64,000 nucleotides of DNA from a virus, in IMG/VR virus record IMGVR_UViG_3300032053_000011, positions 73,515-137,514 of that record. One strand, 5' to 3'. Below the pieces are notes generated by a model, which saw nothing but the letters and a program-made list of their open reading frames with translations, did no database searches and had not been told where the DNA came from. This document shows positions 9,543 through 18,892 of the stretch, in pieces (the stretch's first letter is position 1; each line of letters begins with the position of its first letter). The translations under genes were made by a program, and so were the position numbers.

Positions 9543-11149
9543 TGTCGGGGCGCATCCGTACCATCAAGCCGGAATTGATCGACGATGAGAAGACCGCCTC
9601 ACTGTCACACCTCGAGTTCCGGCTGTTCATCGCGTTCATTGTCACGGCGGACGACTATGGGAATCTTCGTGGCGAGCCTTCGATGTTGCGTGGACAACTG
9701 CTCTGGGCACTGGGTACGCCGGTCGCCGAGGTGGTGGCAGCGATGGACGTTCTCGAAGAGGTCGGATTGATCGACGCGTACATTGTCCGTGGTCAGCGTT
9801 ACCTCCATATCGCGGGCTGGTCGAAGCATCAGAAGGTCGATAAACCGGGCAAGCCGCGCGTTCCGAGTCCAACCGATCCAGAGCGGATTGAGGAGCGGCG
9901 CTGGAAGACGTACTTCATCCGGCTTGGCGACGATGGCCCGATTCGCATCGGCAAGACGATTCACATGGCGACCTGCATCACCAAGCTCCAGGCGACTGCC
10001 AGGGCTCCGTTGCAAGTACTGCGGGTCGTTGATGCAAACGTCGAGGCCGTTTGTCAGAAGCGGTTCAAGGGCTCGCGCACCGAAGGCGAATGGTTCGCGC
10101 CCACGCGCGAGCTGCTGGAGTACATCGCGACTGAACCGTTCGCCGACGACGTGCCGCCCGCTCCCATCGTGACGCCGGGTCAGGGCGAGCTGGTGCTTCG
10201 CCATCCGCCAGTCGCGCCGCCAGCTCTCGCAAAACCACCCGGACCCACAGCACCCCCCATCGGTGCGACGGCGCCCATGATGGCGCATACCGGCACGCCG
10301 ACTGACACACAAGTTCTGCCTGTGGAAACTACAGCGGAACCTGTTGCTGCGAGCGATTCGCGAATCATTCGCGAGACTCTCGCGACTGACCTCCGACCTC
10401 CGACCCCGAATCCGACCACGACCACGACCGACCAGTCGAGCGGTCTGGTCGCCCCGGTTCCAGCGATCCCGATCAAGTCGCAGACCGAGACCCAGGCCGA
10501 GACGGACTCGCAACGCGAGGCGCGGCTCGAGCGCATCACTCGGAGCCTGACCGATCGCCAGCACGGCGATGGTGTCGACTGGACGGCCGAAGGGAATCGG
10601 CTTCGGAAGGAATCCAAGGGGCGGTTGCGGACGTCATGCAGTCCGGTGCAGGCCGAGGAATTCGGACGTGCGATGCGATCGCTCGCGGACCAGCATGAAC
10701 GGCCAGCATCCGAGCTCGTGACCCTGCTCGCCGATCACGCTCGCGAAACGGACACGTGGGCATGGATGACCACATCGAATCCCGGCATGGGGTACCTGCT
10801 GAGAAATGGTGCAGAGGCGCTCGTCGAGGCGATCGAGAAAGCGCTGGCCTGGGAAGCTGCTGGGAAGCCGGAGTCATCTGGCTCAGCGCCATCCAGCGGA
10901 CCGTCCAACGCGCCTTCTGGGCCGACCAATGAGGAATATCTGACATCCTTGCGTGCCCGTCGGGCCGACGTCGCCGAGATGCGCGCGCCACGGCCGATGT
11001 CCGCGGAGGATACACGCGCCGCCGCAGAAGTAAGTCGTACGGCTCTTCAAAAGCTCCGCGCTGACCGAGCCGAGACAGATCGCATCGCGAACTATGCGCG
11101 CTTTGGTGAGGTGGCGCCTACGCTCAACCAGCCAACGGAGCCCAATTGA
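9542..11149 (+). CDS. Phage replication initiator-like protein with an inserted T5orf172-like domain
   Basis: N-terminus RIRTIKPE...RLF...ADDYG...WSKHQK; internal KTYFIR...PIRIGKT...GEWF; directly upstream of dnaB. Confidence 0.7.
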   Translation: MSGRIRTIKPELIDDEKTASLSHLEFRLFIAFIVTADDYGNLRGEPSMLRGQLLWALGTPVAEVVAAMDVLEEVGLIDAYIVRGQRYLHIAGWSKHQKVDKPGKPRVPSPTDPERIEERRWKTYFIRLGDDGPIRIGKTIHMATCITKLQATARAPLQVLRVVDANVEAVCQKRFKGSRTEGEWFAPTRELLEYIATEPFADDVPPAPIVTPGQGELVLRHPPVAPPALAKPPGPTAPPIGATAPMMAHTGTPTDTQVLPVETTAEPVAASDSRIIRETLATDLRPPTPNPTTTTTDQSSGLVAPVPAIPIKSQTETQAETDSQREARLERITRSLTDRQHGDGVDWTAEGNRLRKESKGRLRTSCSPVQAEEFGRAMRSLADQHERPASELVTLLADHARETDTWAWMTTSNPGMGYLLRNGAEALVEAIEKALAWEAAGKPESSGSAPSSGPSNAPSGPTNEEYLTSLRARRADVAEMRAPRPMSAEDTRAAAEVSRTALQKLRADRAETDRIANYARFGEVAPTLNQPTEPN

Positions 11150-12555
11150 CTCTGCAATCGATCCGCACCAACAAACCGGCTGAATTGGCTGTTCTCGGTG
11201 ATGCGATGGCGCACAAGGGTGCCATCGCGATCCTGAAAGGAATCCTCGGCATAGAGGACTTCTACTGGCCCGAGAACAGTACCATCTGGGCAGCAATGGT
11301 CGCGCTCGAAGAGCGCGGAGTAAGCATTGACCCGGTCACTATTGCCGACGAACTACGAACGATTCGTCGGCTGAATACGGTCAGTGGTCTCGTCGACATC
11401 GAGACACTGAAGTACCACGCCGGACGGGACATCGATGCTGTGGAATCCCATGCCCGCATCGTGGCTGGCCTCGCGATGGCGCGCCGCATCGAGTCCACTG
11501 CGCAGTCCATCGCAGCGCTCGCCCTCGATCCGTCCATCGCCGTGCCGGACTTCGCCGACCGCGCGATCACAGCATTATCTGAGGCCACCAAACAGCGGGA
11601 TGTACGGGCGCCCGCAGCGATGATCGACATGGCTGAAGATCTTACGAAGCGCATCGAGCAACAAGCAGATGCTCCAGAAGGCATCACCGGTGTTCCTTCC
11701 GGGCTTACTCAACTCGATGCCATCACGTCTGGTCTTCAGCCCGGGACGCTCGTGATCGTCGCGGCGAGACCAGCGATGGGAAAATCCAGCCTCGCGACGA
11801 AGTTGGTGAAGGCCTGCGCGGAACGCAACAACTCAGGCAACAAGGCCTCGCTGCTGTTCTCTCTCGAGATGCCCAACAAAGAGCAGTTCGAACGCATCGC
11901 TTGTGAGCAGGCCTCGATCGATGCGAAGAAGATCAAACGGCGGCAGTTGACTTCGGACGATATGACAGGGCTCACCAGCGCTTTGAACTACGTCGCAACG
12001 TTGCCGATTTTCATCGACGATGACTCGTCCGTGACCCCGCAGGACCTGCGCGCCCGCGCTCTACGGCAGCATTCACGCACGCCGCTCGGCCTGATCGCCA
12101 TCGACTATCTCCAGCTCATCATGCCTCCGCGCACGATGGGGCGCGACACACGTGAACGACAGGTTACCGTCATCGCCGAAGCGCTCAAGGCGCTGGCCAA
12201 AGAATTGAATATTCCGGTCGTTGCCCTCGCACAACTGAATCGATCACTTGAGGAACGGCCAGACAAGCGACCGCGGCTTTCAGATCTCCGCGAGAGCGGA
12301 GGACTGGAGCAATCCGCCGACCTCGTGCTCTTCATCTATCGGGACGACTACTACAATAAGGACTCGGCCGACAAAGGCATCGCCGAACTCATTGTTGCGA
12401 AGCAGCGCGGCGGCGATACGAGCACAGCCTATGCGCGATGGATCGCAACGCTGACGCGCTTTCAGGATCTATCAGACGAGGAACTCGAAGAACTCGATAA
12501 TCGCAAGGCGGCGCCAAATAACGTCGTGCCAATGCGGCCAAGGAACAGAGCATGA
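11146..12555 (+). CDS. dnaB: Replicative DNA helicase DnaB
   Basis: AARPAMGKS, FSLEM, IDYLQL, LAQLNR, LSDLRESGGLEQSAD and AKQRGG motifs, plus an N-terminal domain. Confidence 0.95.
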   Translation: MTLQSIRTNKPAELAVLGDAMAHKGAIAILKGILGIEDFYWPENSTIWAAMVALEERGVSIDPVTIADELRTIRRLNTVSGLVDIETLKYHAGRDIDAVESHARIVAGLAMARRIESTAQSIAALALDPSIAVPDFADRAITALSEATKQRDVRAPAAMIDMAEDLTKRIEQQADAPEGITGVPSGLTQLDAITSGLQPGTLVIVAARPAMGKSSLATKLVKACAERNNSGNKASLLFSLEMPNKEQFERIACEQASIDAKKIKRRQLTSDDMTGLTSALNYVATLPIFIDDDSSVTPQDLRARALRQHSRTPLGLIAIDYLQLIMPPRTMGRDTRERQVTVIAEALKALAKELNIPVVALAQLNRSLEERPDKRPRLSDLRESGGLEQSADLVLFIYRDDYYNKDSADKGIAELIVAKQRGGDTSTAYARWIATLTRFQDLSDEELEELDNRKAAPNNVVPMRPRNRA

Positions 12556-12565
12556 GGGCAAGATC

Positions 12566-13426
12566 GTGAACGACAAATCGCAGTATGGTGCATCAGACAC
12601 GCCGGATGGCATCACCGGGATTCCATCCGGCCTCCGCCAGCTCGACAACATCACCGGTGGCTTCCAGCCAGGAACGCTCATCCTCGTCGCGGCGAAGTCA
12701 GCGATGGGCAAGAGCAGCTTTGGAACAAAGCTCGTGAGAAAGTGCGCGGAACGCACCAACGATGGCAAGAGCGCGTCGCTGCTATTCTCCATCGAGATGA
12801 CAGGGGAAGAGCAGCACCTGCGCATTGTTTGCGAGGCAGCGTCGGTCGACGCGATGAGTATCAGGCGTGGCGACACAAGCGCACGGGCGTCGATGTTGGG
12901 CGCGGCGCGCTACGTCGCCACGTTGCCGATCTTCATCGACGACAATTCGTCCGTGACGCCGCAAGATCTCCGCGCACGTGCTCTTCTCCAGGACGCGCGC
13001 ACGCCGCTCGGTCTGATCGTGATCGACAACCTCCATCTGATCCGTCCGCCGCGCACGATGAGCCAGAATACGATTGCCGAATCGCTCAAGGCGCTCGGCA
13101 AAGAACTCAACATCCCGATCGTCGCGCTCACACATTTGAATCGGTTCCAGGAGGACAGGCCGAACAGGCGTCCGGGGCTCTCGGATCTGCCCGGTGACCT
13201 CGAGCAGTCCGCCGACGTCGTCATCTTCATCCACCGCGATGACTATGATGACAAGCATTCGTCAAACAAAGGCATCACCGAACTGATCGTTGCGAAGCAT
13301 CGCGGTGGCGAGACGAGCACCGCCTATGCGCGCTGGATCCCGACGCTGACGCGTTTTCAGGACCTCACCGACGAGGAGCTTGAGGACATCGATACGAGCA
13401 GGTCAGCACGGAGGGGTTCGACATGA
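12566..13426 (+). CDS. Truncated, degenerate DnaB paralog (C-terminal domain only)
   Basis: AAKSAMGKS, FSIEM, IDNLHL, LTHLNR, SDLPGDLEQSAD; clear DNA-level similarity to the upstream dnaB. Confidence 0.85.
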   Translation: MNDKSQYGASDTPDGITGIPSGLRQLDNITGGFQPGTLILVAAKSAMGKSSFGTKLVRKCAERTNDGKSASLLFSIEMTGEEQHLRIVCEAASVDAMSIRRGDTSARASMLGAARYVATLPIFIDDNSSVTPQDLRARALLQDARTPLGLIVIDNLHLIRPPRTMSQNTIAESLKALGKELNIPIVALTHLNRFQEDRPNRRPGLSDLPGDLEQSADVVIFIHRDDYDDKHSSNKGITELIVAKHRGGETSTAYARWIPTLTRFQDLTDEELEDIDTSRSARRGST

Positions 13427-14211
13427 ACGAGCCGTCGCCGTCCGGTACCTCTGGGTACGCTGGTTCTCCTCCATACATCGGCGTCACTGGGTTCATGTCC
13501 TCCGCCGAGGTCGCTGTGGTGTTGCGGGGGGTCCCGCTCACTGGCGCGCGCAAGCTGATGGTCGGCGTGCTTGCGAGCTCGAAGACGCTGGCCGGATATC
13601 GGAACCGCCACCCACGCCGGTATCCGGTCATGAACGCGATCGCCGGGATCTTCCCGACCGACCCCCGCGCGCTGAACCTGATCCACTACTTCACGGAGCA
13701 GCCGGACAGCCTCGCGGACCAACTCGAACAACTCACCGTGATTGGCGGCCCGAACCTGCATGGGTTCCAACTGAACGTCCGCTGGCCGAGCAAGAGCCAG
13801 ATCCAGAAGCACCTCGAGAGGTACCCACAGCACCGGATCGTGCTCCAGCTCGGGCCGAGCGTGCTGGCGGCGTCGGAGCCCGAGTTGCTCCTACGTCAAC
13901 TTGTGGACGTCAGCTATCCGGCCACGGACCTGTTGATCGACCCGTCCGGGGGTGTGGGGCGCCCGTTCGATCCAGCGGTCGCCCGGGAGTACGTCACAAC
14001 GCTGTGGGGACGTCTGGGCACCGGCCTGGGGCTCGCCGGTGGCCTTGGGCCGGACAGCCTCGGCGCCCTCGCCCCACTCGCCACCGACTTCCCTGGGCTG
14101 TCGATCGATGCCGAGGGACGGCTGCGCGATGAACAGGACTACCTTGATTGCGCGCGCGTTCTCGCATATCTAACCGCGGCGAGCACGATGTTCGGCACCG
14201 GCACCGGCTAG
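13423..14211 (+). CDS. Phosphoribosylanthranilate isomerase (TrpF)-like TIM-barrel protein
   Basis: GFQLN, LLIDPSGGVG, GLAGGLGPD and SIDAEG motifs. Confidence 0.65.
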   Translation: MNEPSPSGTSGYAGSPPYIGVTGFMSSAEVAVVLRGVPLTGARKLMVGVLASSKTLAGYRNRHPRRYPVMNAIAGIFPTDPRALNLIHYFTEQPDSLADQLEQLTVIGGPNLHGFQLNVRWPSKSQIQKHLERYPQHRIVLQLGPSVLAASEPELLLRQLVDVSYPATDLLIDPSGGVGRPFDPAVAREYVTTLWGRLGTGLGLAGGLGPDSLGALAPLATDFPGLSIDAEGRLRDEQDYLDCARVLAYLTAASTMFGTGTG

Positions 14212-14218
14212 GGGATCC

Positions 14219-14596
14219 ATGGGCGGCAGCACGTACGTTTCGAGTTATGACGAGTGGCTCCAGCGCCAGAAGACCTCCAAGACCACGCTGTCGTTCCTCT
14301 GGGCGGCTCGCATCTCGGCGACGGTCAGCGATGTTGCGGCGCCGCTCGTGCTGGCCGAGACGCTGTACCTCGCATTCGCCGACGTGGCTGTGGTGCGGCC
14401 CGAAGACAAGGAGCTCTTCAGTTTCTTCTGCGCGGCATCTTCGGAGTTCGCGCTCGAGGGCCGCGAGGCCGATTGCGCACGGATGCTGGTGCAGGCCCAG
14501 AAGCTCTCGGGACATGCCATGAGTTGGCTGCGCGCTGGCTGCGCGGCGATCCGCACCGAGATGGCTCGGCGCGGCGTGGCGCATCCGCGGGACTGA
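14219..14596 (+). CDS. Hypothetical protein
   Basis: Fills the gap in the operon; GGGG RBS-like sequence upstream. Confidence 0.5.
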   Translation: MGGSTYVSSYDEWLQRQKTSKTTLSFLWAARISATVSDVAAPLVLAETLYLAFADVAVVRPEDKELFSFFCAASSEFALEGREADCARMLVQAQKLSGHAMSWLRAGCAAIRTEMARRGVAHPRD

Positions 14597-14599
14597 CTG

Positions 14600-15121
14600 G
14601 TGGTGGCGCAACCCGTCGCACGACAGGTTCTACTCATCACCGGCTCGCGCGCGCTCTGCGACAGTCCGGCAGCCGAGTCCTGGGCGCGGGAGATCTTGTA
14701 CGAAACGATCCGCGTGCTGCCGCCGGATGCGGTCGTCGTGGCCGGTGATGCCGGGGGCCCAGATCACTGGGGCCTGCATGAAGCCGAGATCCGCGATCTC
14801 TACTGGACCCGATTCCAACTCGATGGGACCCGGCATGACTGGCGTGGGCTGCGGAAGCTACGCTGCGTGGAATGGTGCTCCATCGACGCTGTCCCGGAAC
14901 GTGGATCTCCGAGGTGGCGCCGGTGGCCACTCGAGCGCAACCGGGTGATGGTCGCGCAGATCGCGGCGGTGCGAGCGCCCATCGAACGCAGCGCACTTGC
15001 CCTCCTGGCGCCATGGGCCAGCACGCATGGGACCGCACACACGGCCATGCTTCTCGATCAGCGCGGCATCGTGGTACGGCGCGAGACCTGCCCGGTGGGA
15101 CACGCGCCGTTCAGCCACTGA
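14600..15121 (+). CDS. SLOG-family (YspA/DUF2493-like) protein
   Basis: LLITGSR, VVAGDAGGPD, PLERNRVM and HGTAHT motifs. Confidence 0.7.
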   Translation: MVAQPVARQVLLITGSRALCDSPAAESWAREILYETIRVLPPDAVVVAGDAGGPDHWGLHEAEIRDLYWTRFQLDGTRHDWRGLRKLRCVEWCSIDAVPERGSPRWRRWPLERNRVMVAQIAAVRAPIERSALALLAPWASTHGTAHTAMLLDQRGIVVRRETCPVGHAPFSH

Positions 15122-15165
15122 ACCGACTCTTCCTGTGTGGCTAGCAGCATGCAATACTCCGAACC

Positions 15166-15624
15166 ATGGCTCTGACGAAAAAACAGGCACACGACAAGAT
15201 CTGCACTGATGGACTGCTGATGGGCGGGCAGATGCGGGCGTATAATGGCCTGTGGTCCCATGGTCCCATCACCGCGACCGGGCTCAGTAGAGCTATGCAG
15301 ACGGAGCACGACAAGATCGAAGGACACCCCTGCTACCACAAGCGCCTCGCAGATCTGGAGAAGCGTGGATTGGTGTCGCGATCGGAGAATTCTGATCCAG
15401 CGCAACGTCGCCACGGAAAGGTGTGGAGCATCATCCCGGGCCAGTTGCCAGGGCCGATGCCGCCAGCCACAAAGGGTCCGCCGAAGCCGACCAGCGACGA
15501 GCTGAGGCTTTACAACGCGATCGTCGATGACCTCGCACGGAAGGGGAGGAAGGGCGGCTCCCACGGCGGTGCGTTCGAGAAGACTCGAGCGTGGTTGAAG
15601 TCTGGCGCTCGCCCGTCGAAGTGA
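15166..15624 (+). CDS. Winged-helix DNA-binding protein
   Basis: GPITATGLS...HKRLADLEKRGLVSR...KVW; GCTAGC site at 15140 and AATACT 7 nt before the ATG. Confidence 0.6.
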   Translation: MALTKKQAHDKICTDGLLMGGQMRAYNGLWSHGPITATGLSRAMQTEHDKIEGHPCYHKRLADLEKRGLVSRSENSDPAQRRHGKVWSIIPGQLPGPMPPATKGPPKPTSDELRLYNAIVDDLARKGRKGGSHGGAFEKTRAWLKSGARPSK

Positions 15625-16229
15625 TAGTGGAAATGGACGAGGACGAGGACGACATGGCCCGATGCGGAGTCTTTCACCGGATCATCGCTGAGGAGTCGAG
15701 AGGTCCGCGCGGTGGTGCCATCACGCACTATCAGGCGGAGTGCATCGGCTGCGGTCGCAAGACGGATCCAATCCGAATCACATCGGATTCAATGGGCCGC
15801 GAGCGGAGCCTTGCCGCGCTTCACGAACACCAGTGCCCGACGCCACCAGTGGTCTCCGCGCAAGGTCTTCTGCTGAACGGCCTCGCGAAGTACATCGAGG
15901 ATGAAGAGCCGATCCCTCTGACCTTCGCCATCGAACACTTCGGCGACCGCACGCCGGAAGATGCGCTGCGGCTGGCATGGAGCAAGTGTGTTGAGGGACA
16001 CGCGCTCGGCGCGTTGATGTATGCGCTCCGCCAGAAAGTCTCGTGCGAATCGGCACCGCGCTACAGCCAGGATCGCGCAACGACGTTCGTCTCGTTCAAC
16101 TGCGGCAACGTGTCGTATCAGTTGCGTGGGACCGACGCCAACGTCGCCGATGCGGTCCGTGGAATCGTCGATGCGGAAAAACTGATCGCTGGGACCCTGC
16201 GCCGGTGCTTCAAACCGGCCGTGGGATAG
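15621..16229 (+). CDS. Hypothetical protein with a CxxC motif
   Basis: GTGA-coupled to the previous gene. Confidence 0.55.
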   Translation: MIVEMDEDEDDMARCGVFHRIIAEESRGPRGGAITHYQAECIGCGRKTDPIRITSDSMGRERSLAALHEHQCPTPPVVSAQGLLLNGLAKYIEDEEPIPLTFAIEHFGDRTPEDALRLAWSKCVEGHALGALMYALRQKVSCESAPRYSQDRATTFVSFNCGNVSYQLRGTDANVADAVRGIVDAEKLIAGTLRRCFKPAVG

Positions 16230-16250
16230 GCGCTTTCGGTTTCTGCCGGG

Positions 16251-16461
16251 TTGAGGTTGCGCCTGAACATTGAGGTCGCGCCTGAATACGCCGCGAACAT
16301 CGCCAGAGCGGTTTGAGCGTCTCGGTTGCACCCTCTGGACAGTTGAATCGCCATTTCGACCCTTGACGACCAGTCATGCATCGGTGGACCCGCTACCTGC
16401 GGAAGATCATGAAATCTTCCGCACAGAGCGGTTTGAGCGATTGTAACGCCGTGTAACGCCG
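16251..16461. repeat. Non-coding repeat and hairpin cluster
   Basis: 2x19-bp tandem (16251-16288); CAGAGCGGTTTGAGCG at 16304 and 16424; 10-bp perfect stem 16398-16423; 2x TGTAACGCCG at 16442-16461. Confidence 0.75.
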
Positions 16462-16752
16462 TTCTCCGATCACCGGGCGAGATGATCGGATTGACATCGG
16501 CACGTTACGCCAAGCGTTGCCGCGTGAAGGCTTATTGGTCGAACTCGCACGCGTGCTGTTGCGAATCGATGTTCATCCGCCCGCAGTCTGGACACTGCGG
16601 CGCGAACTCGTGCGAGCGTGACTTTGCATGCTCGTCACGAGCGTCCACGGGCCCGTGGAACGCATGCGTTTGTTCGTTGCCACAGATGCCGCACTTGATG
16701 TGTCCGCATGCGGGACAGAACGGGCACGCATCTTTCGTCTTAGCCATGCCGA

Positions 16753-17127
16753 CTACGACTGGATTCGCGGCGTGAGGAACGGGGCCGGTGCACAACCGGT
16801 GGTGCGATCGCCGCTGAATGTCCCGGGTCCTACCCAGAACGGGCCAGGATTCGGCTGCCACGGTCCGATCGTCGGGGTCGCTGGCGGAAACGGCAACGGA
16901 AATGGCATCGGCATGATCGGCACGATCGGAAGCGGATAGACGTCGGGGTACATCCGTTGCGGCGCTATCGACACCGCGCGCAGCAACTCGGCAAGTGCGG
17001 CGCCCGGGGTCGGCAGCCACAGGAGGCCCGTCGCGCCGCATCCCTTGCACTTCACGCGCATGCGTGGTGCTGAGCCAGGATGTGAACCGCGTCCATCGCA
17101 GGCCGGGCACTTGATTGGATTGGTCAT
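16753..17127 (-). CDS. DnaJ-type CxxCxGxG zinc-finger protein
   Basis: CPACDGRG...CKGCGATG. Confidence 0.55.
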   Translation of the reverse strand: MTNPIKCPACDGRGSHPGSAPRMRVKCKGCGATGLLWLPTPGAALAELLRAVSIAPQRMYPDVYPLPIVPIMPMPFPLPFPPATPTIGPWQPNPGPFWVGPGTFSGDRTTGCAPAPFLTPRIQS

Positions 17128-17308
17128 CGATCGTCTCTCTTTCCGATCTCGAGACTACCATGCTACTGTCGACACAACGCAGTAGCTCAGCGAGCTGTAA
17201 GTGGCGGCGAAGTACAAGCCACCCAAGCGACAGAAGAGCACCCGGTTCCTAACCGGTTGGTCGCCCGTGCAACTCGGGCCTGCGTCCTATTGTGGTACCG
17301 TGGCGCCC

Positions 17309-17683
17309 ATGAAGATCGTCCTCGTGCGCGGCGCCCAAGCTGATGACGCCAGACGGCATCTCGGGCTGTTGAAGGTGACGCGCGCGACTGCCGAAGCGCT
17401 GTGGAACGTCGGCTTCCCCGTGATCCTGACCGGCAACAACGTCAACTCCCACCACTTCTTCACCGGCTGGAATCTGGCATACCCGATGCGGCCGAAGAGC
17501 GAGGACGGCAACTTCTCGGTTGCGGCCAACGCCTTCGTGGCGAACCTCGAGCCCGAGCTCGGAACCGGACCCGCGTTCTTCCTCAGACCCGAGCTGAGCG
17601 AGGACGAACTTCGGACGGTCGGACTGGCGACATATCTTCTGTTCGAGGCGGCTGTCGCCGCAGCGCTCTCGCCGAAACGATGA
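17309..17683 (+). CDS. Hypothetical protein
   Basis: TG-G-TACCGT 7 nt before ATG (MKIVLVRG). Confidence 0.55.
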   Translation: MKIVLVRGAQADDARRHLGLLKVTRATAEALWNVGFPVILTGNNVNSHHFFTGWNLAYPMRPKSEDGNFSVAANAFVANLEPELGTGPAFFLRPELSEDELRTVGLATYLLFEAAVAAALSPKR

Positions 17684-17701
17684 TGCGATGATCCGTGTGT
17701 T

Positions 17702-18025
17702 TCACGGCGGTCCCACAACCTCGGTTTTCCCGTAACGGTTGACCTCGAGATCCCGGATTACGATGCGGAGACCGTTGATCACATGCTCGCGCGACTCAGC
17801 ACAGTCCGCCATCGCCGCTCCGCCGCTTGGCGTCGCCACGAGGATGAAGATGACAGCGTCGGCGTGAAACCGCTGGCGCAGCACATCAAGACTTTGATGC
17901 GTGGCCACCTGCAACTGCTCACTGTTCATCGGCACGAGCGCACGGAGACGCTGCACCGGTCTCAGGATCGGTCCGAACACTGCACCGAGGATGCACCCGA
18001 GCACCAGCATGATCGCGAGGTTCAT
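17702..18025 (-). CDS. Small membrane protein
   Basis: N-terminal hydrophobic helix; divergent from the HTH gene. Confidence 0.5.
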   Translation of the reverse strand: MNLAIMLVLGCILGAVFGPILRPVQRLRALVPMNSEQLQVATHQSLDVLRQRFHADAVIFILVATPSGGAAMADCAESREHVINGLRIVIRDLEVNRYGKTEVVGPP

Positions 18026-18048
18026 CGTTTCGTTGTACCATTGCTGCG

Positions 18049-18429
18049 ATGTCCAGGGAGCTCCAGATCGGCGAGAGACGGCCGCCGCAGATTCACGTAG
18101 CCGGGCCCGCGCGCCTGAAGCTCTACATGAGCCAGCGTGGCGTCAGCCAGACGAAGTTCGCGAAGATCCTGCGCGTCGGCCGAGTGACGCTCTGCCGATG
18201 GCTGAACGAAGAACAGCGGCCGGACGGCGAGGGGCGCGAACGAATCGCACTCGCCACCGACGGCTTCGTTCGGCCGCCTGACTGGGAGACACCGGCGGAG
18301 TTCACCGCGCGCAGGGACAAGGAGCGTTACGTCGCCGAGCACCCGCGCAAACGGCAACGCAAGCCTCGACCGAAGCACTTCAGTTTCGCGCAGGCCATCT
18401 TCGATCCGCGTACAGGACAACTCCGGTGA
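18049..18429 (+). CDS. XRE-family HTH regulator
   Basis: VSQTKFAKILRVGRVTLCRWLNEEQRP. Confidence 0.75.
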   Translation: MSRELQIGERRPPQIHVAGPARLKLYMSQRGVSQTKFAKILRVGRVTLCRWLNEEQRPDGEGRERIALATDGFVRPPDWETPAEFTARRDKERYVAEHPRKRQRKPRPKHFSFAQAIFDPRTGQLR

Positions 18430-18824
18430 GCAAGCTCCTGCGGCTCTACGGGACCTTCAAGATCGAACGCGACCGGTTCGCGCGCGTCTTCCCGAATGTC
18501 GCCCATGCCACGCTGATGGTCTCGCCGCGCGCCTGCTCGCCCGCAAGCCGATGTGTGTGGCGCGACTTCGCCTGGGCGTTTCCAGATCATGGTGAAGTGC
18601 ATCTGTCCCATCGCGTCCTGTCGCTGCCGGTCGAGAATCAGATCGGCCTCATCCGTCACGAACTCGGACACCTCGCTGATGGGCATATTGCGGAGCCATG
18701 GGCAGAGCAGCGCGCCGACGATCTCGCCGAGAGAGCTACCGGCGAACGCATCTTCTACGACGCACGCGATCTTCAGACGATTGCGCGGGGCCAGTACCCG
18801 CGGCCCATGCACTTGCACCGGTGA
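18426..18824 (+). CDS. HExxH zinc metallopeptidase (ImmA/IrrE-like)
   Basis: LIRHELGH...EQRADDLA; GTGA-coupled to the HTH gene. Confidence 0.65.
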   Translation: MSKLLRLYGTFKIERDRFARVFPNVAHATLMVSPRACSPASRCVWRDFAWAFPDHGEVHLSHRVLSLPVENQIGLIRHELGHLADGHIAEPWAEQRADDLAERATGERIFYDARDLQTIARGQYPRPMHLHR

Positions 18825-18892
18825 TTGCGTCGTGAGAGGAACGCGAATGCGCGGGAAGTGTCCGCACTACTCGTGCCGTGTAGACTGCCGAC

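Noticed and set aside
11146-13426. Split or intein-containing DnaB
   Set aside because: The first gene is complete, the second repeats the same domain, and there are no intein terminal motifs.
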